A DNA stretch of 64,000 bases from Leptolyngbyaceae cyanobacterium (GTDB taxonomy: Bacteria; Cyanobacteriota; Cyanobacteriia; Leptolyngbyales; Leptolyngbyaceae): positions 12,571 to 76,570 of the forward strand of contig JBJTUO010000008.1 of NCBI GenBank assembly GCA_046080785.1. The letters run 5' to 3'. The position numbers were made by a program, and so were the translations under genes. Shown here piece by piece: positions 18,711 to 28,710 of the stretch. Each line of letters opens with the position of its first letter. Positions within the stretch are counted from its first letter, which is position 1. Below the pieces are notes generated by a model, which saw only the letters and a list, made by a program, of their open reading frames with translations, was not told where the DNA came from and searched no databases.

Positions 18711-21700
18711 ATGGCTGTTTTACACGGTAGCTGGTTACTTCCAAGTCCTTCAGCCGCAACCCTTTTGTTGCCATCCAGCAGTTGCCTGTTTGTGTGGGGA
18801 GAAACCTGGCGGCATCGTCCTCCTGAACTGTTACCCCCATTAACTGACAGAGCCGACGCAGCCCTTCTCCATCCCTTTGCGATGACCGCTGAAGAGTTGC
18901 TGTCCTTTTTTCAGAGCCTGAGGTCTGATTACCAACTGGCCTTACCCGATGATCTCACCCAACTACCTGCTCCCGCTGTCATCCCTACTCAGAAATTATC
19001 TACTGCCCGCTCTGCCAGTCGTGCCACCACAGTGACAGCATCAGCCGTTGCTTATACCACCTCCCTCACCTGGAAGACCCTGAATCTGGCAGTGCCCTCC
19101 TACCTGGCTCAAGGGCAGTTGACAGCGGCAGGGGGGGCATCGATTATGCCCCAACTCTCTGCCGATACTGCAGCAGAACAGGCCCTTTTTCTTTACCCCT
19201 GGTTAATAGAGGGGATTTGCTTACCCGTTACGACAGCGATCGCCCTGCTGCGAGCCCTACCCTTGCGAGCGTCCGGTGATAACGACTCGGTGGTGGGCAG
19301 TGATCTACGCTATTGGTCTCACGTCGCCCGCTGGAGCCTGGATTTAATGGCACGGGGCAAGTATCTGCCTGATTTAAAGCCGCTGCCTGCCAGATCTGAT
19401 GACGGCGATAACGGCCAACAATTTTTGGCCTGCTGGCAGCCCCTGCTAGATAGTGAAGTGGATCAGGTGCGGCAACTCCATTTTGTGCAGCGGATGCCGA
19501 TCTCCTGTCGCTTCTACCAGTTTGCAGAACCGTCACCCCATTCTCCCCTGGCCATCGCCCTGCCGCTCGACGCCCAGCAGCTATTACAGGATTTTCTCAG
19601 CCATGCAGTAGATGCTAGTATTCGTGCTGTGCATCACTCCACAGGAGTTGCAGATTCTCCGCTCGAAAACTGGTTGCATGGGTTGAGTGGAGAATTTCCG
19701 ATTCTCTCTGGGGCAGACCTGGAGCAGTTAGCCCTGGCCCTAAATAATTGGACTGCACCGTTGCAGTATCGCCGGGGAGATAGCCTGTTTCGTACCTGCC
19801 TCAGGCTGCATCCCCCCAAAGCCAGCGAAACTCCATGGATTCTCGAATACGGACTCCAGGCGATCGATGATCCAGAGCTAATCATAGATGCAGACACCAT
19901 TTGGGAAAACCCTGTGGAGCAATTGCAATATCGCAGGGATGGTCGTTCTGTCACTCGCACTATTTTGCAACCGCAAGAAACCTTTCTCATGGGGTTGGGG
20001 CTGGCTTCCCGTCTTTATCCCCCGATCGAACCCAGTCTGCAAGAAGCCCAGCCTCGTGCCTGTGTGTTAAATGCCATGCAAGCCTACGAATTTCTTAAAA
20101 ATACGGCTTGGCGACTGCAAGATAGCGGCTTAGGAGTAGCCATTCCTCCCAGTCTGGCCACTCGCGGTGGTTGGGCCAATCGTTTAGGCCTCAAAATTCA
20201 GGCCAATACCGGCAAGCTTAAGCAGGGACAGCGACTAGGATTGCAAAATCTACTCAACTTCCGCTGGGAGTTGACTATTGGTGGCCAAACTCTCTCCAAA
20301 CAAGAATTTGAGCGATTAGTAGCCCTCAACACCCCCCTGGTCGAGATCAATGGGGAATGGGTAGAGCTGCGGCCCCAGGACATTCGAGCGGCCCAGACTT
20401 TTTTTGCCAGTCGCAAAGATCAGACGTCACTCTCTCTGGAAGACGCCCTGCGCATTAGCACTGGCGATACCCAGATGCTTGAAAAACTGCCCGTCGTTAG
20501 TTTTGAAGCCTCTGGGCCCCTGCAAGAACTGATTACAACCCTGACGGGCAATCGCAGCCTGGAGCCAGTCAACGCCCCAGAAAAATTTCGCGGCCAGTTG
20601 CGCCCCTACCAATCCCGTGGCGTCGGTTGGCTGGCATTTCTAGAGCAATGGGGGCTGGGAGCCTGTTTGGCAGATGATATGGGTCTCGGTAAAACCATTC
20701 AGTTCATCGCCTTTCTGTTGCATCTCCAGGAGAAAGGCACCCTGACAAACCCCACTCTCCTCATCTGCCCCACCTCCGTCTTGGGCAATTGGGAACGGGA
20801 AGTCAAAAAATTTGGCCCCAGTTTGAAAGTACTGCTACATCACGGTGACCAACGATTAAAGGGCAAGGCGTTTGCTAAAACCGCCGCCAGTTACCACCTG
20901 ACGATTACCAGCTATGCCCTGGTATATCGAGACTTAAAGGACTTACAGGCTGTCTCCTGGCAGGGGTTGGTGTTGGATGAAGCCCAAAATATTAAAAATC
21001 CAGAGGCCAAACAATCCCAGGCAGCCCGTGAGCTGGAAGCTGATTTTCGGATTGCCCTGACAGGTACTCCTGTGGAAAATCGCCTATCAGAGCTATGGTC
21101 AATCATGGATTTTCTCAACCCTGGTTATCTGGGGCCGCGTAACTTCTTTCAGCGGCGCTTTGCCACCCCGATCGAACGTTACGGTGATACTGCTTCCTTG
21201 CAAACGCTGCGATCACTGGTGCAGCCTTTTATCCTACGGCGGTTGAAAACCGATCGGGACATTATTCAAGACCTGCCCAATAAGCAGGAGAACACAGAAT
21301 TTTGTGGGTTGACGACTGAGCAGGCCGCCCTGTACCAGTCTATGGTTGATACCTCCCTCTCCGAATTGGAAGCAGCGGAGGGCATTCAGCGGCGAGGCCT
21401 GATTTTGGCGCTGCTGGTGAAGTTAAAACAAATCTGCAACCATCCCGATCTTTTTTTAAAGTCGGCAGAATCTACCAAAGCAACAACCCAATCAGCCTTT
21501 GATACCCGCTCTGGCAAACTTCTGCGGCTGGAAGAAATGCTGGAGGAATTGCTGGCAGAGGGCGATCGGGCCTTAATTTTCACCCAGTTTGCAGAGTGGG
21601 GGAAACTGCTGCAAGCCCATTTAAACCAGCACTTTAAGCAAGAAATTCTGTTCCTCTATGGCAGCACACCCAAGAAGCGACGAGAAGAGATGGTGGATCG

Positions 21701-22055
21701 ATTCCAGCACGACCCCCAGGCTCCCCGCATTTTCATTTTATCCCTCAAGGCTGGTGGGGTTGGCCTCAACCTGACACGGGCCAACCATGTCTTCCACTTT
21801 GATCGCTGGTGGAACCCCGCCGTGGAAAACCAGGCCACCGATCGGGTTTTTCGGATTGGGCAAACTCGCAATGTACAAGTACACAAGTTTGTCTGTAGCG
21901 GCACCCTGGAAGAAAAAATCCACGATTTGATCGAAAGCAAAAAAGCTCTGGCAGAGCAGATTGTGAGTGCTGGAGAAAACTGGTTAACAGAATTGAATAC
22001 CAATCAACTACGGGATCTATTACTGCTTGATCGGAGCGCCATTATTGAACCTTAA
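18711..22055 (+). CDS. SNF2-family DEAD/DEAH helicase with a long N-terminal SNF2-associated region
   Basis: The 1114-aa ORF has the N-terminus MAVLHGSWLL and helicase motifs LADDMGLGKT, LVLDEAQNIKN, ALTGTPVENR, LIFTQF and NPAVENQATDRVFRIGQ. Confidence 0.9.
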   Translation: MAVLHGSWLLPSPSAATLLLPSSSCLFVWGETWRHRPPELLPPLTDRADAALLHPFAMTAEELLSFFQSLRSDYQLALPDDLTQLPAPAVIPTQKLSTARSASRATTVTASAVAYTTSLTWKTLNLAVPSYLAQGQLTAAGGASIMPQLSADTAAEQALFLYPWLIEGICLPVTTAIALLRALPLRASGDNDSVVGSDLRYWSHVARWSLDLMARGKYLPDLKPLPARSDDGDNGQQFLACWQPLLDSEVDQVRQLHFVQRMPISCRFYQFAEPSPHSPLAIALPLDAQQLLQDFLSHAVDASIRAVHHSTGVADSPLENWLHGLSGEFPILSGADLEQLALALNNWTAPLQYRRGDSLFRTCLRLHPPKASETPWILEYGLQAIDDPELIIDADTIWENPVEQLQYRRDGRSVTRTILQPQETFLMGLGLASRLYPPIEPSLQEAQPRACVLNAMQAYEFLKNTAWRLQDSGLGVAIPPSLATRGGWANRLGLKIQANTGKLKQGQRLGLQNLLNFRWELTIGGQTLSKQEFERLVALNTPLVEINGEWVELRPQDIRAAQTFFASRKDQTSLSLEDALRISTGDTQMLEKLPVVSFEASGPLQELITTLTGNRSLEPVNAPEKFRGQLRPYQSRGVGWLAFLEQWGLGACLADDMGLGKTIQFIAFLLHLQEKGTLTNPTLLICPTSVLGNWEREVKKFGPSLKVLLHHGDQRLKGKAFAKTAASYHLTITSYALVYRDLKDLQAVSWQGLVLDEAQNIKNPEAKQSQAARELEADFRIALTGTPVENRLSELWSIMDFLNPGYLGPRNFFQRRFATPIERYGDTASLQTLRSLVQPFILRRLKTDRDIIQDLPNKQENTEFCGLTTEQAALYQSMVDTSLSELEAAEGIQRRGLILALLVKLKQICNHPDLFLKSAESTKATTQSAFDTRSGKLLRLEEMLEELLAEGDRALIFTQFAEWGKLLQAHLNQHFKQEILFLYGSTPKKRREEMVDRFQHDPQAPRIFILSLKAGGVGLNLTRANHVFHFDRWWNPAVENQATDRVFRIGQTRNVQVHKFVCSGTLEEKIHDLIESKKALAEQIVSAGENWLTELNTNQLRDLLLLDRSAIIEP

Positions 22056-22061
22056 ATGGCT

Positions 22062-23183
22062 TTAACCTGGGCCGGAACTAGGGGGACTGGCGGGGGGCTC
22101 AGCTGCACAAACCGATTCAGAATACTCAAACTTAAAGGGAAAGATGACCGCCTGGTATTTTTCACTAGATTTAAAGCTCTGTTGCTCCACATACTGCAAA
22201 GCTGCCTGATCCAACCCAGCGTAACCAGAGGAGAGGAGCAGGGCCGGTTTTTTCTCCAGTTTGCCTTCCGGGTTAAAGATGGCACCGATCCAGGTTACCC
22301 CCTTTGCCTTAGAGGGGCAGGCATCCCTAGGATACAAGTCCGTAATTTCTTTTTGACGATTCCACTCGCTATCAATATTGTCCTGGGCAATCTCCTTCGC
22401 CGTCTCCGTGAGTTGAGTGATATTTTGATTGAATTCACCTTCGGTGGTGTTGGCTTTATTAAAGCTATACAAGCCATTATTCTGCTGCTGTCGCAGTTGT
22501 TCTCGCCGCTCTCGCAGGGCGGCGATCGCCGCTGCTGGAATCGTTTGTGGGCGGGCCTCTTCGGTTGCGGTCGGGGATGGGACAACAGATGGGCTCGTAG
22601 CAGGGGTTGGGCTGGCCGTGGGCACCGCCGGTGGCTTTGACAATTTTGCCAGCACCTCTGCCAACTTTGCAGGTGAAGCGGCTGTGGATACAGGTCTGCG
22701 GGGGGAGGTATCTGGAAGATCTAATTTGGGCAGGGGAGGTAACCCTAAAGGTGGTAAGACCGTGACGGGGGGCGGCGGTAAAACTGGAATGTTATACAGG
22801 GAGGGGTCATTCAATAAGGGGGGGGCCGCCCATAGGGGTGAGGTGGCTTTACCAGTGGCTTTAGCTTCTGGTTTGAGGGGCTGCAAAAAAGCAGGATTAG
22901 AAGGGGCTGGCAAGGGTGTGGCACCCCATGGAGTTGTCTGGTTTTCTGGTAACCGCATCTGCTCTAAAGGGTTGAGCGTGACCACTTCCACCGATTTGGC
23001 ATCATCCGCTGATTCTGAATCGCGAGCCGCCGACCACAGAGGCAGCGTCACTGCCAACAGCCCATGAATGCCGAGGGATGCCAACAAGGCCAGGGTAAAG
23101 GGTTGACTAAGGGTCTGCTGCACCTGGGGCCAACTGATTTGACTCAAAGCGTCTGGTAACTTTTTGAACATCGACTCAGACAT
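22062..23183 (-). CDS. TonB-like energy transducer (N-terminal anchor, proline-rich spacer, TonB_C-like end)
   Basis: The 373-aa ORF has a transmembrane helix (FTLALLASLGIHGLLAVTL), a Pro-rich middle (VLPPPPVTVLPPLGLPPLPKL) and a C-terminal ...LLLSSGYAGLDQAALQYVEQQSF. Confidence 0.6.
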   Translation of the reverse strand: MSESMFKKLPDALSQISWPQVQQTLSQPFTLALLASLGIHGLLAVTLPLWSAARDSESADDAKSVEVVTLNPLEQMRLPENQTTPWGATPLPAPSNPAFLQPLKPEAKATGKATSPLWAAPPLLNDPSLYNIPVLPPPPVTVLPPLGLPPLPKLDLPDTSPRRPVSTAASPAKLAEVLAKLSKPPAVPTASPTPATSPSVVPSPTATEEARPQTIPAAAIAALRERREQLRQQQNNGLYSFNKANTTEGEFNQNITQLTETAKEIAQDNIDSEWNRQKEITDLYPRDACPSKAKGVTWIGAIFNPEGKLEKKPALLLSSGYAGLDQAALQYVEQQSFKSSEKYQAVIFPFKFEYSESVCAAEPPASPPSSGPG

Positions 23184-23250
23184 GACGGCTTCTGGAGGAG
23201 ATATGGTTAGCTTTTAATTATCTTAACGCTGTCATTTTCCCGATGACGAC

Positions 23251-24006
23251 CTAACCCCCCGGAAAGTTCCCAGGGTTTGAGTTTGCCACTCCAAGGGTTT
23301 CTAGACCTCTGAAAATCATGAGCAGGGAGAAATAGGGCAACACCAAATTGGGTTTATCTCGCAGATCTTGATGAATCACCTGTTGGGGAAAGGTGGCCCA
23401 CTCCACGACAGTGCTGCACTCCAGCAACCCCTTTTGCTGTAACAGTTGCCAGACTTGTGGGTAGACTGAGCCAACCTTTAACAGCACAACCACATCCGCC
23501 CAGGTCAAAACCGCCACCAACTCCGACAGGGTGTAGAGGGCCGGTAGAACGGCTAGTTTTTGCCCCTGCTGGGCTAAAGGCAGCCCCAATGCAGCAGCAG
23601 CGGCTAAAGGAGAACATACCCCTGGTATCCATTGAATTACAGCTTCTGGGTGCTGCTGCATCAAGGTCTGAGCCAGGTACGTAAAGGTACTGTAGAAGCT
23701 GACATCGCCGACGCAAACAAAGGCCACATCCTGCCCTTGTGCTAAAAAAGGCCAGACTTGGTGAGCCGCTGTTTCCCAGGCCTGGGTCAGTTGTACCCGG
23801 TCTTGCACATAGGGAAAATGCAATGGCAGCGTTTTTTGCTGGGGGGCGATCCACTCTGCTACGATTTGTTCTGCTAGACCTGGTTGATCTGCCACTCCAG
23901 CTGGAAAGGTAATCACAGAAACCTGTTTGAGCCGTCGTAACCCTTTGAGGGTGATTAACTCCGGGTCACCCGGCCCGACACTGATACCATAGAGAGTGCC
24001 AATCAC
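23251..24006 (-). CDS. cobI: Precorrin-2 C(20)-methyltransferase
   Basis: The N-terminus GTLYGISVGPGDPELITLKGLRRL matches the tetrapyrrole methylase fold. GTG start. Confidence 0.8.
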   Translation of the reverse strand: MIGTLYGISVGPGDPELITLKGLRRLKQVSVITFPAGVADQPGLAEQIVAEWIAPQQKTLPLHFPYVQDRVQLTQAWETAAHQVWPFLAQGQDVAFVCVGDVSFYSTFTYLAQTLMQQHPEAVIQWIPGVCSPLAAAAALGLPLAQQGQKLAVLPALYTLSELVAVLTWADVVVLLKVGSVYPQVWQLLQQKGLLECSTVVEWATFPQQVIHQDLRDKPNLVLPYFSLLMIFRGLETLGVANSNPGNFPGG

Positions 24007-24085
24007 AAGAACAACCTGTTTTGATGCGGTGCTTTTTGATTCTAAAGTAGAGAGATAACATTACGAGTTATTACACTGAATTGAC

Positions 24086-24781
24086 ATGGTTTTACCAACG
24101 GTGATTTTGCCGGGATACTTCGCTGGAGCAGTGGAATACCGTGCTTTAGAAGATGATTTAAATCAGCGAGGTATTTTAACAGTGACTGTGCCCCTGCGTT
24201 GGCAAGATTGGGTGCCCACCCTGGGAGGCCGATCGGTTACCCCCATCTTGCGACAACTGGATAGTACAGTAGAACAGGTTTTGCAGCAGTTTGGCAGTGA
24301 CCAGATTAATCTGATTGGCCATTCTGCCGGGGGGTGGTTGGCCCGCATTTATCTGGGAGAAAAACCCTACGCTATTCACCCCACTGACTCAGACACAACC
24401 CTCTGGCACCGTCGCGCGACGATCGCCACCCTGCTTACCCTGGGCACTCCCCATGTCAGCCAGGAGCGGTGGACTCGTAAGAATCTGGAATTTGTGAATC
24501 AGACTTACCCCGGTGCTTTTTATCCGGAGGTGCGCTATGTCTGTGTGGCGGGTAAGGCCATCTACGGCGATCGCTGGAAGAACTGGTTGGCCCATAGCAG
24601 CTACAAGCTCACCTGTGGGCAGGGCAACTGCTGGGGAGATGGCATTACTCCGATTGATGCGGCCCATTTGGCTGGGGCTGAGAACCTGGTGGTGCAGGGT
24701 GCCAGCCATTCACCCCGGGGTCGTCGCCGTTGGTACGGCTCGCCAGGCCTACTAGAGCAGTGGGTAGATTATCTCGCCTGA
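24086..24781 (+). CDS. Alpha/beta hydrolase (lipase/esterase-like)
   Basis: The 231-aa ORF has the nucleophile elbow INLIGHSAGGWLA. Confidence 0.7.
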   Translation: MVLPTVILPGYFAGAVEYRALEDDLNQRGILTVTVPLRWQDWVPTLGGRSVTPILRQLDSTVEQVLQQFGSDQINLIGHSAGGWLARIYLGEKPYAIHPTDSDTTLWHRRATIATLLTLGTPHVSQERWTRKNLEFVNQTYPGAFYPEVRYVCVAGKAIYGDRWKNWLAHSSYKLTCGQGNCWGDGITPIDAAHLAGAENLVVQGASHSPRGRRRWYGSPGLLEQWVDYLA

Positions 24782-24837
24782 AATCTTGTCTGAAATCTCG
24801 TCTCAGCAGGGGCAAGATCGGTTAGATTGCCCGACTG

Positions 24838-25386
24838 TCAAGCAGTTTTAGGCCAACTCCCATCAGTCAATTGATTCCGTTGCAAGCAATGCATGTGGTG
24901 AAATAGCTGCCAGCAGTATTGCTCTGGCAGACCACAGGTAACCGCCCCCCGCATCACCACACTGAAATACCAATCGTTGGGAGCTAACTCTTCTACCAGC
25001 TTGTCTACTACCACGTAGGTTCGCACGTTGGAGATAGGCTTTCCCCGACAGATCACCTTGATCGTTTCATGGCGATACCCACCGTGGGGCACTTCTTCTC
25101 GCTCATCCAGTTGATTGCTAAAGCGACAGGGTAACTGGTAGAGTACACCTTCTACGCGGGAATTAGGGTCTTGAACCACATCCAGCGCTCCGCAATTACG
25201 CCGCAGCGATCGGCGGTAAAACCCCAGGCGATAGCCCTGCAAGGTAGCATGACCGACCACAAAGGGAATCATGTTTTCACCCAGGGTGCGCTTTAAATCT
25301 ACCGGACACATGCAAGAGCCATAGGCAAAGTAATAAAACCAGGGCTCAGTCAAGTTACGATTGACCATTTGACGCTCTAGAGGCAA
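24838..25386 (-). CDS. Gamma-glutamylcyclotransferase (AIG2/GGCT-like) family protein
   Basis: The sequence YYFAYGSCMCPVDLKRTLG matches the YGS-x-M GGCT N-terminal motif. The start is likely at the internal MVNRNL. Confidence 0.7.
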   Translation of the reverse strand: MPLERQMVNRNLTEPWFYYFAYGSCMCPVDLKRTLGENMIPFVVGHATLQGYRLGFYRRSLRRNCGALDVVQDPNSRVEGVLYQLPCRFSNQLDEREEVPHGGYRHETIKVICRGKPISNVRTYVVVDKLVEELAPNDWYFSVVMRGAVTCGLPEQYCWQLFHHMHCLQRNQLTDGSWPKTA

Positions 25387-25443
25387 GCTTTTGCTGCATT
25401 CTAACCCAAGTCAGACTGTTGACTAGCGGGATATACAGGATCT

Positions 25444-26943
25444 TTAAATCCAATTTGCAAACCAGATGCGTGCCCGAAACGCAGAAATCGACAGCGGTAA
25501 CCCCCAATAAATTGGCAGCCAGAAAAGAAACCCCAACCCGATCGCAGCCACTATGGCAATTCCCATTCTGCGTAAATTAGTCTGGGGGCTGCCTAGCCAG
25601 CGATCCACAACCCAGGCGATGGCCATGGTGGCAAACACAGAGGCCCCCATGTAGTGATACAAGAAGGTGCAACGAGTCACCCGCGTCCAGGGCAGTAAAT
25701 TAGCCAGGTAGTTGATGGCCAGAAACCCCAACAACCAGCGGTCAGTGGCTGATAACTGAGGGACGCGGGAAAGGAATGAGGCTTGAGCCGTAGGGCATAG
25801 CCAGCGGAAAAGAATCCCGATCAGACTGATCAAGACCAACCCCATGGCGATCGTGCCTGACCACCAGAGCAGGGGATTTCCCATGGCATGAACATCATAG
25901 ATCAGTTGATTGGGGCCCAGCGGCAGAGTTGATTGCCCAGTCGGTAAGGGATCGCCAGGATTAGTGTTCTGATAAAAATAGGCAACTGGGCGCACCATCC
26001 AAAGCCAACTCGGCCAACTTGAACAGTAGGGGTGAACATTTGGGCCGCTGCCCACTTGCTGATGGTAGGTCAGCATCTGTCGTTGTAATTCCCAGAAGTC
26101 TGACCAGAAACCTACCTTGGCATTCAGTTTTAGATGGGGAATCCAGACCAAACCATAGACGATCGCAGGCAAAATTCCGAGCCCCAACCCTACTTCCCAT
26201 AAAGGCAATTGGGTGAGCCGTTGTAGCGGGCTACCTGCTGACGAGCGGGTTTGAAATGGTCTGCCAACGCCCCGCCTGTCGGCCCAGCACAGCAACCAAC
26301 CAACCGTTAAGAGACCATAGATACCTAGGAGAAACCAGAGACCGTTCCATTTAACCGAGGCTGAAGCCGCAAAGGCCACGCCAGCCATGGCCAGCCAAAA
26401 TCGCCGCTTCCCCGGAGCTTCTCTGCCCAGCGCCAACAAAAAAAACCACCCTCCCAGCAGGCCAAATAGCACCAGATAGACGTTATTCAGGCCGTAACGA
26501 GACTCTACTAAAAACAGACCATCCAGGGCTATAAACCAGCCACTGATTAGCACATAACTGAGACGACGGGTAAGTTGGTAGGCCAGGCCCATGACCACCA
26601 GGGGAACCAAGGAACCTGTCAGGGCATTGAGCCAGCGATAGCTCCAGGTACTGTAGGGCGTACCCGTCAGACTATTGACGGCATCCTGGCCCAAAGGCAA
26701 TTGATTGCCAATCCACATGCCGATCGCAATCAGGTACTTACTTAACGGTGGATGTGCATCAAAGAAGGGGGTCTGGGTCAAATAATTATGGGCAAACTTG
26801 ACGAAGTAGACCTCATCAAAAACCAGGGTATTAAACCGCCCCAGCCCCCAGAACCGGATTACCAGTGAGAATAACCAGATTCCCCCAGCAGTGCAATAAA
26901 ACCAAGGGGGGAGCAGCTTTGCTGATAGCTTGGCAGGCAACAT
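25444..26943 (-). CDS. Phospholipid-carrier-dependent glycosyltransferase (PMT/GT39 family)
   Basis: The 499-aa polytopic membrane protein has the loop motif VFDEVYFVKFAHNYL...FFDAHPPLSKYLIAIG. Confidence 0.85.
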   Translation of the reverse strand: MLPAKLSAKLLPPWFYCTAGGIWLFSLVIRFWGLGRFNTLVFDEVYFVKFAHNYLTQTPFFDAHPPLSKYLIAIGMWIGNQLPLGQDAVNSLTGTPYSTWSYRWLNALTGSLVPLVVMGLAYQLTRRLSYVLISGWFIALDGLFLVESRYGLNNVYLVLFGLLGGWFFLLALGREAPGKRRFWLAMAGVAFAASASVKWNGLWFLLGIYGLLTVGWLLCWADRRGVGRPFQTRSSAGSPLQRLTQLPLWEVGLGLGILPAIVYGLVWIPHLKLNAKVGFWSDFWELQRQMLTYHQQVGSGPNVHPYCSSWPSWLWMVRPVAYFYQNTNPGDPLPTGQSTLPLGPNQLIYDVHAMGNPLLWWSGTIAMGLVLISLIGILFRWLCPTAQASFLSRVPQLSATDRWLLGFLAINYLANLLPWTRVTRCTFLYHYMGASVFATMAIAWVVDRWLGSPQTNLRRMGIAIVAAIGLGFLFWLPIYWGLPLSISAFRARIWFANWI

Positions 26944-27076
26944 CGGACATCCTCTGGTTTGTTTTGAGTTTTACGATGATTCTATAACCGTAGCCATGTG
27001 CAATATAGTGATCTTTTTTTAGAAAAAAGAAGTACAATTGATCGCCTGTCTGGTTTCTCACAGGCAATCATTGCTT

Positions 27077-28246
27077 ATGTCACTCAAGCCCAGTCAAATT
27101 CTGAACAACCTGAATCAAAAATCAAAGCATTTTGAAGCCTTTGACCAATCAGCATTGCGGGCATTGCGCACCTATCAGGCGGCCCTTAGTCAAACGGCTC
27201 AGGAGCCAGAAACCATTTTGCAAGAGAGATTAAAAACCTTTAGCCGCTTTGATCGGGGGGCAGAACCCCTAGAACCCCTGGGTACCTGGCCTGACTGGGT
27301 AATTTCCTCCGGGTTAGGCTGGCAAAATCGAGAGGAGAGCTATGCCTGGGTGCGCGATCGATTGAGCGGGGTGTCTACCTTTGCGGTGGATGGTTCCCAA
27401 ATTTATCCAGGTAAAGATCTGTCAATTCCAGTGGCGCTGGTGCAGGTGGGCTGGTTTGAAAACTCCCATCAGGACGGACAGTATAGCAAAGACATAGACT
27501 GTGAGGTGATGACGCCACTGGATTTAAGGGTGAATGGTAGCGGAGAACCGGTTGATCGACGGGTCAATATGCACCGGTTTGCCATGGAAGTGCGGCGCTT
27601 GATTCAATATTTGGAAGAACGGGCCGGATGCTCTACCTGTCTGGCCTTCTTTGATGGCTCTCTGGTGGTCACTTTTGCTGAAGTGTTTGATGAAGAAACC
27701 CGCCGCTTTTACCTGCAATGGGTAAGCAGGCTGGTACAAGCCAGCGAACGCTGTAAAGTGCCGCTAGTGAGCTACATTGATACCACCTATGCGCGGGATC
27801 TGGTGGTGATGTTACAACGCCTCTTAGACCTAGAAGAAGCCCCCTCACTCCACGATGCGCCATTGCTGGGGCGGGGGATGCAGTGGGGCGATCGTACGCC
27901 CTTGTTTCTCTGTCGGCGATCGGGAATTCTCAGCCAGTATCCTTCCTCTGTTGGTCAAAAAATTGCCTTCACTTACCTCAAGGCTCACAGTGGCCCGCCA
28001 GTGCGACTGGAGCTGCCCCTCTGGCTCTACGAAGCAGGGCTACACGAGACAGTACTAGATTGGGTGCGGGGCGAAATTATTATCGGGGGTGGTTACCCCT
28101 ATGCGATCGAAACTGCTGACCAGACTGCCGTACTCACATCAGAAGACCGCCAGATCTTCTTCCGCCTCTTGCAAGACTGGGCCGAAAGCCATGCCCTGAA
28201 CCTGCGCCTATCTCGCAAAATGGTAAGCAAAGCCCGACGGCGGTAA
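27077..28246 (+). CDS. NurA-domain-like nuclease (tentative)
   Basis: The sequence FAVDGSQIYPGKDLSIPVALVQVGWFEN resembles the first catalytic aspartate motif of NurA. I chose the ATG at 27077 (MSLKPSQ); the ORF track starts at the TTG at 27038. Confidence 0.5.
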   Translation: MSLKPSQILNNLNQKSKHFEAFDQSALRALRTYQAALSQTAQEPETILQERLKTFSRFDRGAEPLEPLGTWPDWVISSGLGWQNREESYAWVRDRLSGVSTFAVDGSQIYPGKDLSIPVALVQVGWFENSHQDGQYSKDIDCEVMTPLDLRVNGSGEPVDRRVNMHRFAMEVRRLIQYLEERAGCSTCLAFFDGSLVVTFAEVFDEETRRFYLQWVSRLVQASERCKVPLVSYIDTTYARDLVVMLQRLLDLEEAPSLHDAPLLGRGMQWGDRTPLFLCRRSGILSQYPSSVGQKIAFTYLKAHSGPPVRLELPLWLYEAGLHETVLDWVRGEIIIGGGYPYAIETADQTAVLTSEDRQIFFRLLQDWAESHALNLRLSRKMVSKARRR

Positions 28247-28250
28247 ATTT

Positions 28251-28294
28251 CCCAGAGTTTTCCTAGTTCGGTGTGAAGCAGTTTCCGGATAGGC
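28251..28294. repeat. Half copy of the 43768-43854 dispersed repeat
   Basis: The 22-nt stretch GTGAAGCAGTTTCCGGATAGGC (28273-28294) is identical to 43832-43853, and similarity continues upstream from CCCaGAGTT. Confidence 0.65.
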
Positions 28295-28296
28295 CT

Positions 28297-28599
28297 TTAA
28301 TCAAGAATTTGAGCTGATCGCCACAGCCACCAACCTGCAATCAGGAGAGTAATGTTGCCAACGACTGTCAGGCTGGCTTGGGTCGTGACCAACCATTCCA
28401 GACTAGAATCATTGTCAAAAAAGTGCCAGATGCAGGCACACATGCCACTGCTAAGCGCAGGCAGCATGGCAAGGGATAAGACCCACCAGGCTCGATTTTG
28501 GCTGAGTTCGCCGTAGATCCAGATAAACCAAATTGCTACCCCCCACTCAATTACACTTGAGACATGAATAAACCAGGTTGGGATCGATAGAACTGTCAT
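28297..28599 (-). CDS. DUF2499 / Ycf49-like membrane protein
   Basis: The 100-aa ORF reads LSIPTWFIHVSSVIEWGVAIWFIW...LPALSSGMCACIWHFF, with three predicted transmembrane segments. Confidence 0.75.
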   Translation of the reverse strand: MTVLSIPTWFIHVSSVIEWGVAIWFIWIYGELSQNRAWWVLSLAMLPALSSGMCACIWHFFDNDSSLEWLVTTQASLTVVGNITLLIAGWWLWRSAQILD

Positions 28600-28710
28600 G
28601 ACAACTTCGCAAATAACGTCGCTTATATCCCCACCCCTAAAAGAGTAGGCTTTACGCTCAATGCTGTAAACTCATAGCGCAAAGCCTAGCATAAACAAAG
28701 GAAGGGCCAC

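Noticed and set aside
18711-22055. The SNF2 helicase could be part of a defense system (DISARM, BREX or similar).
   Set aside because: No methyltransferase, phospholipase D-family nuclease, DUF1998 protein or other partner genes are adjacent. The N-terminal MAVLHGSW architecture looks like the widely conserved cyanobacterial housekeeping SNF2 protein.
22056-23067. Plus-strand ORFs 22056..22640 and 22429..23067, plus the minus-strand out-of-frame ORF 22295..22585, overlap the TonB-like gene.
   Set aside because: They have low-complexity Gly/Arg-rich translations generated by the complement of a proline-rich coding region. The minus-strand ORF has the anchor, Pro-rich and TonB_C logic.
23354-23854. 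A 166-aa minus-strand ORF lies in an alternative frame inside cobI.
   Set aside because: It is out of frame with a gene that has the clear tetrapyrrole methylase N-terminal motif. Its own sequence is Arg/Gly/Cys-rich with no motif.
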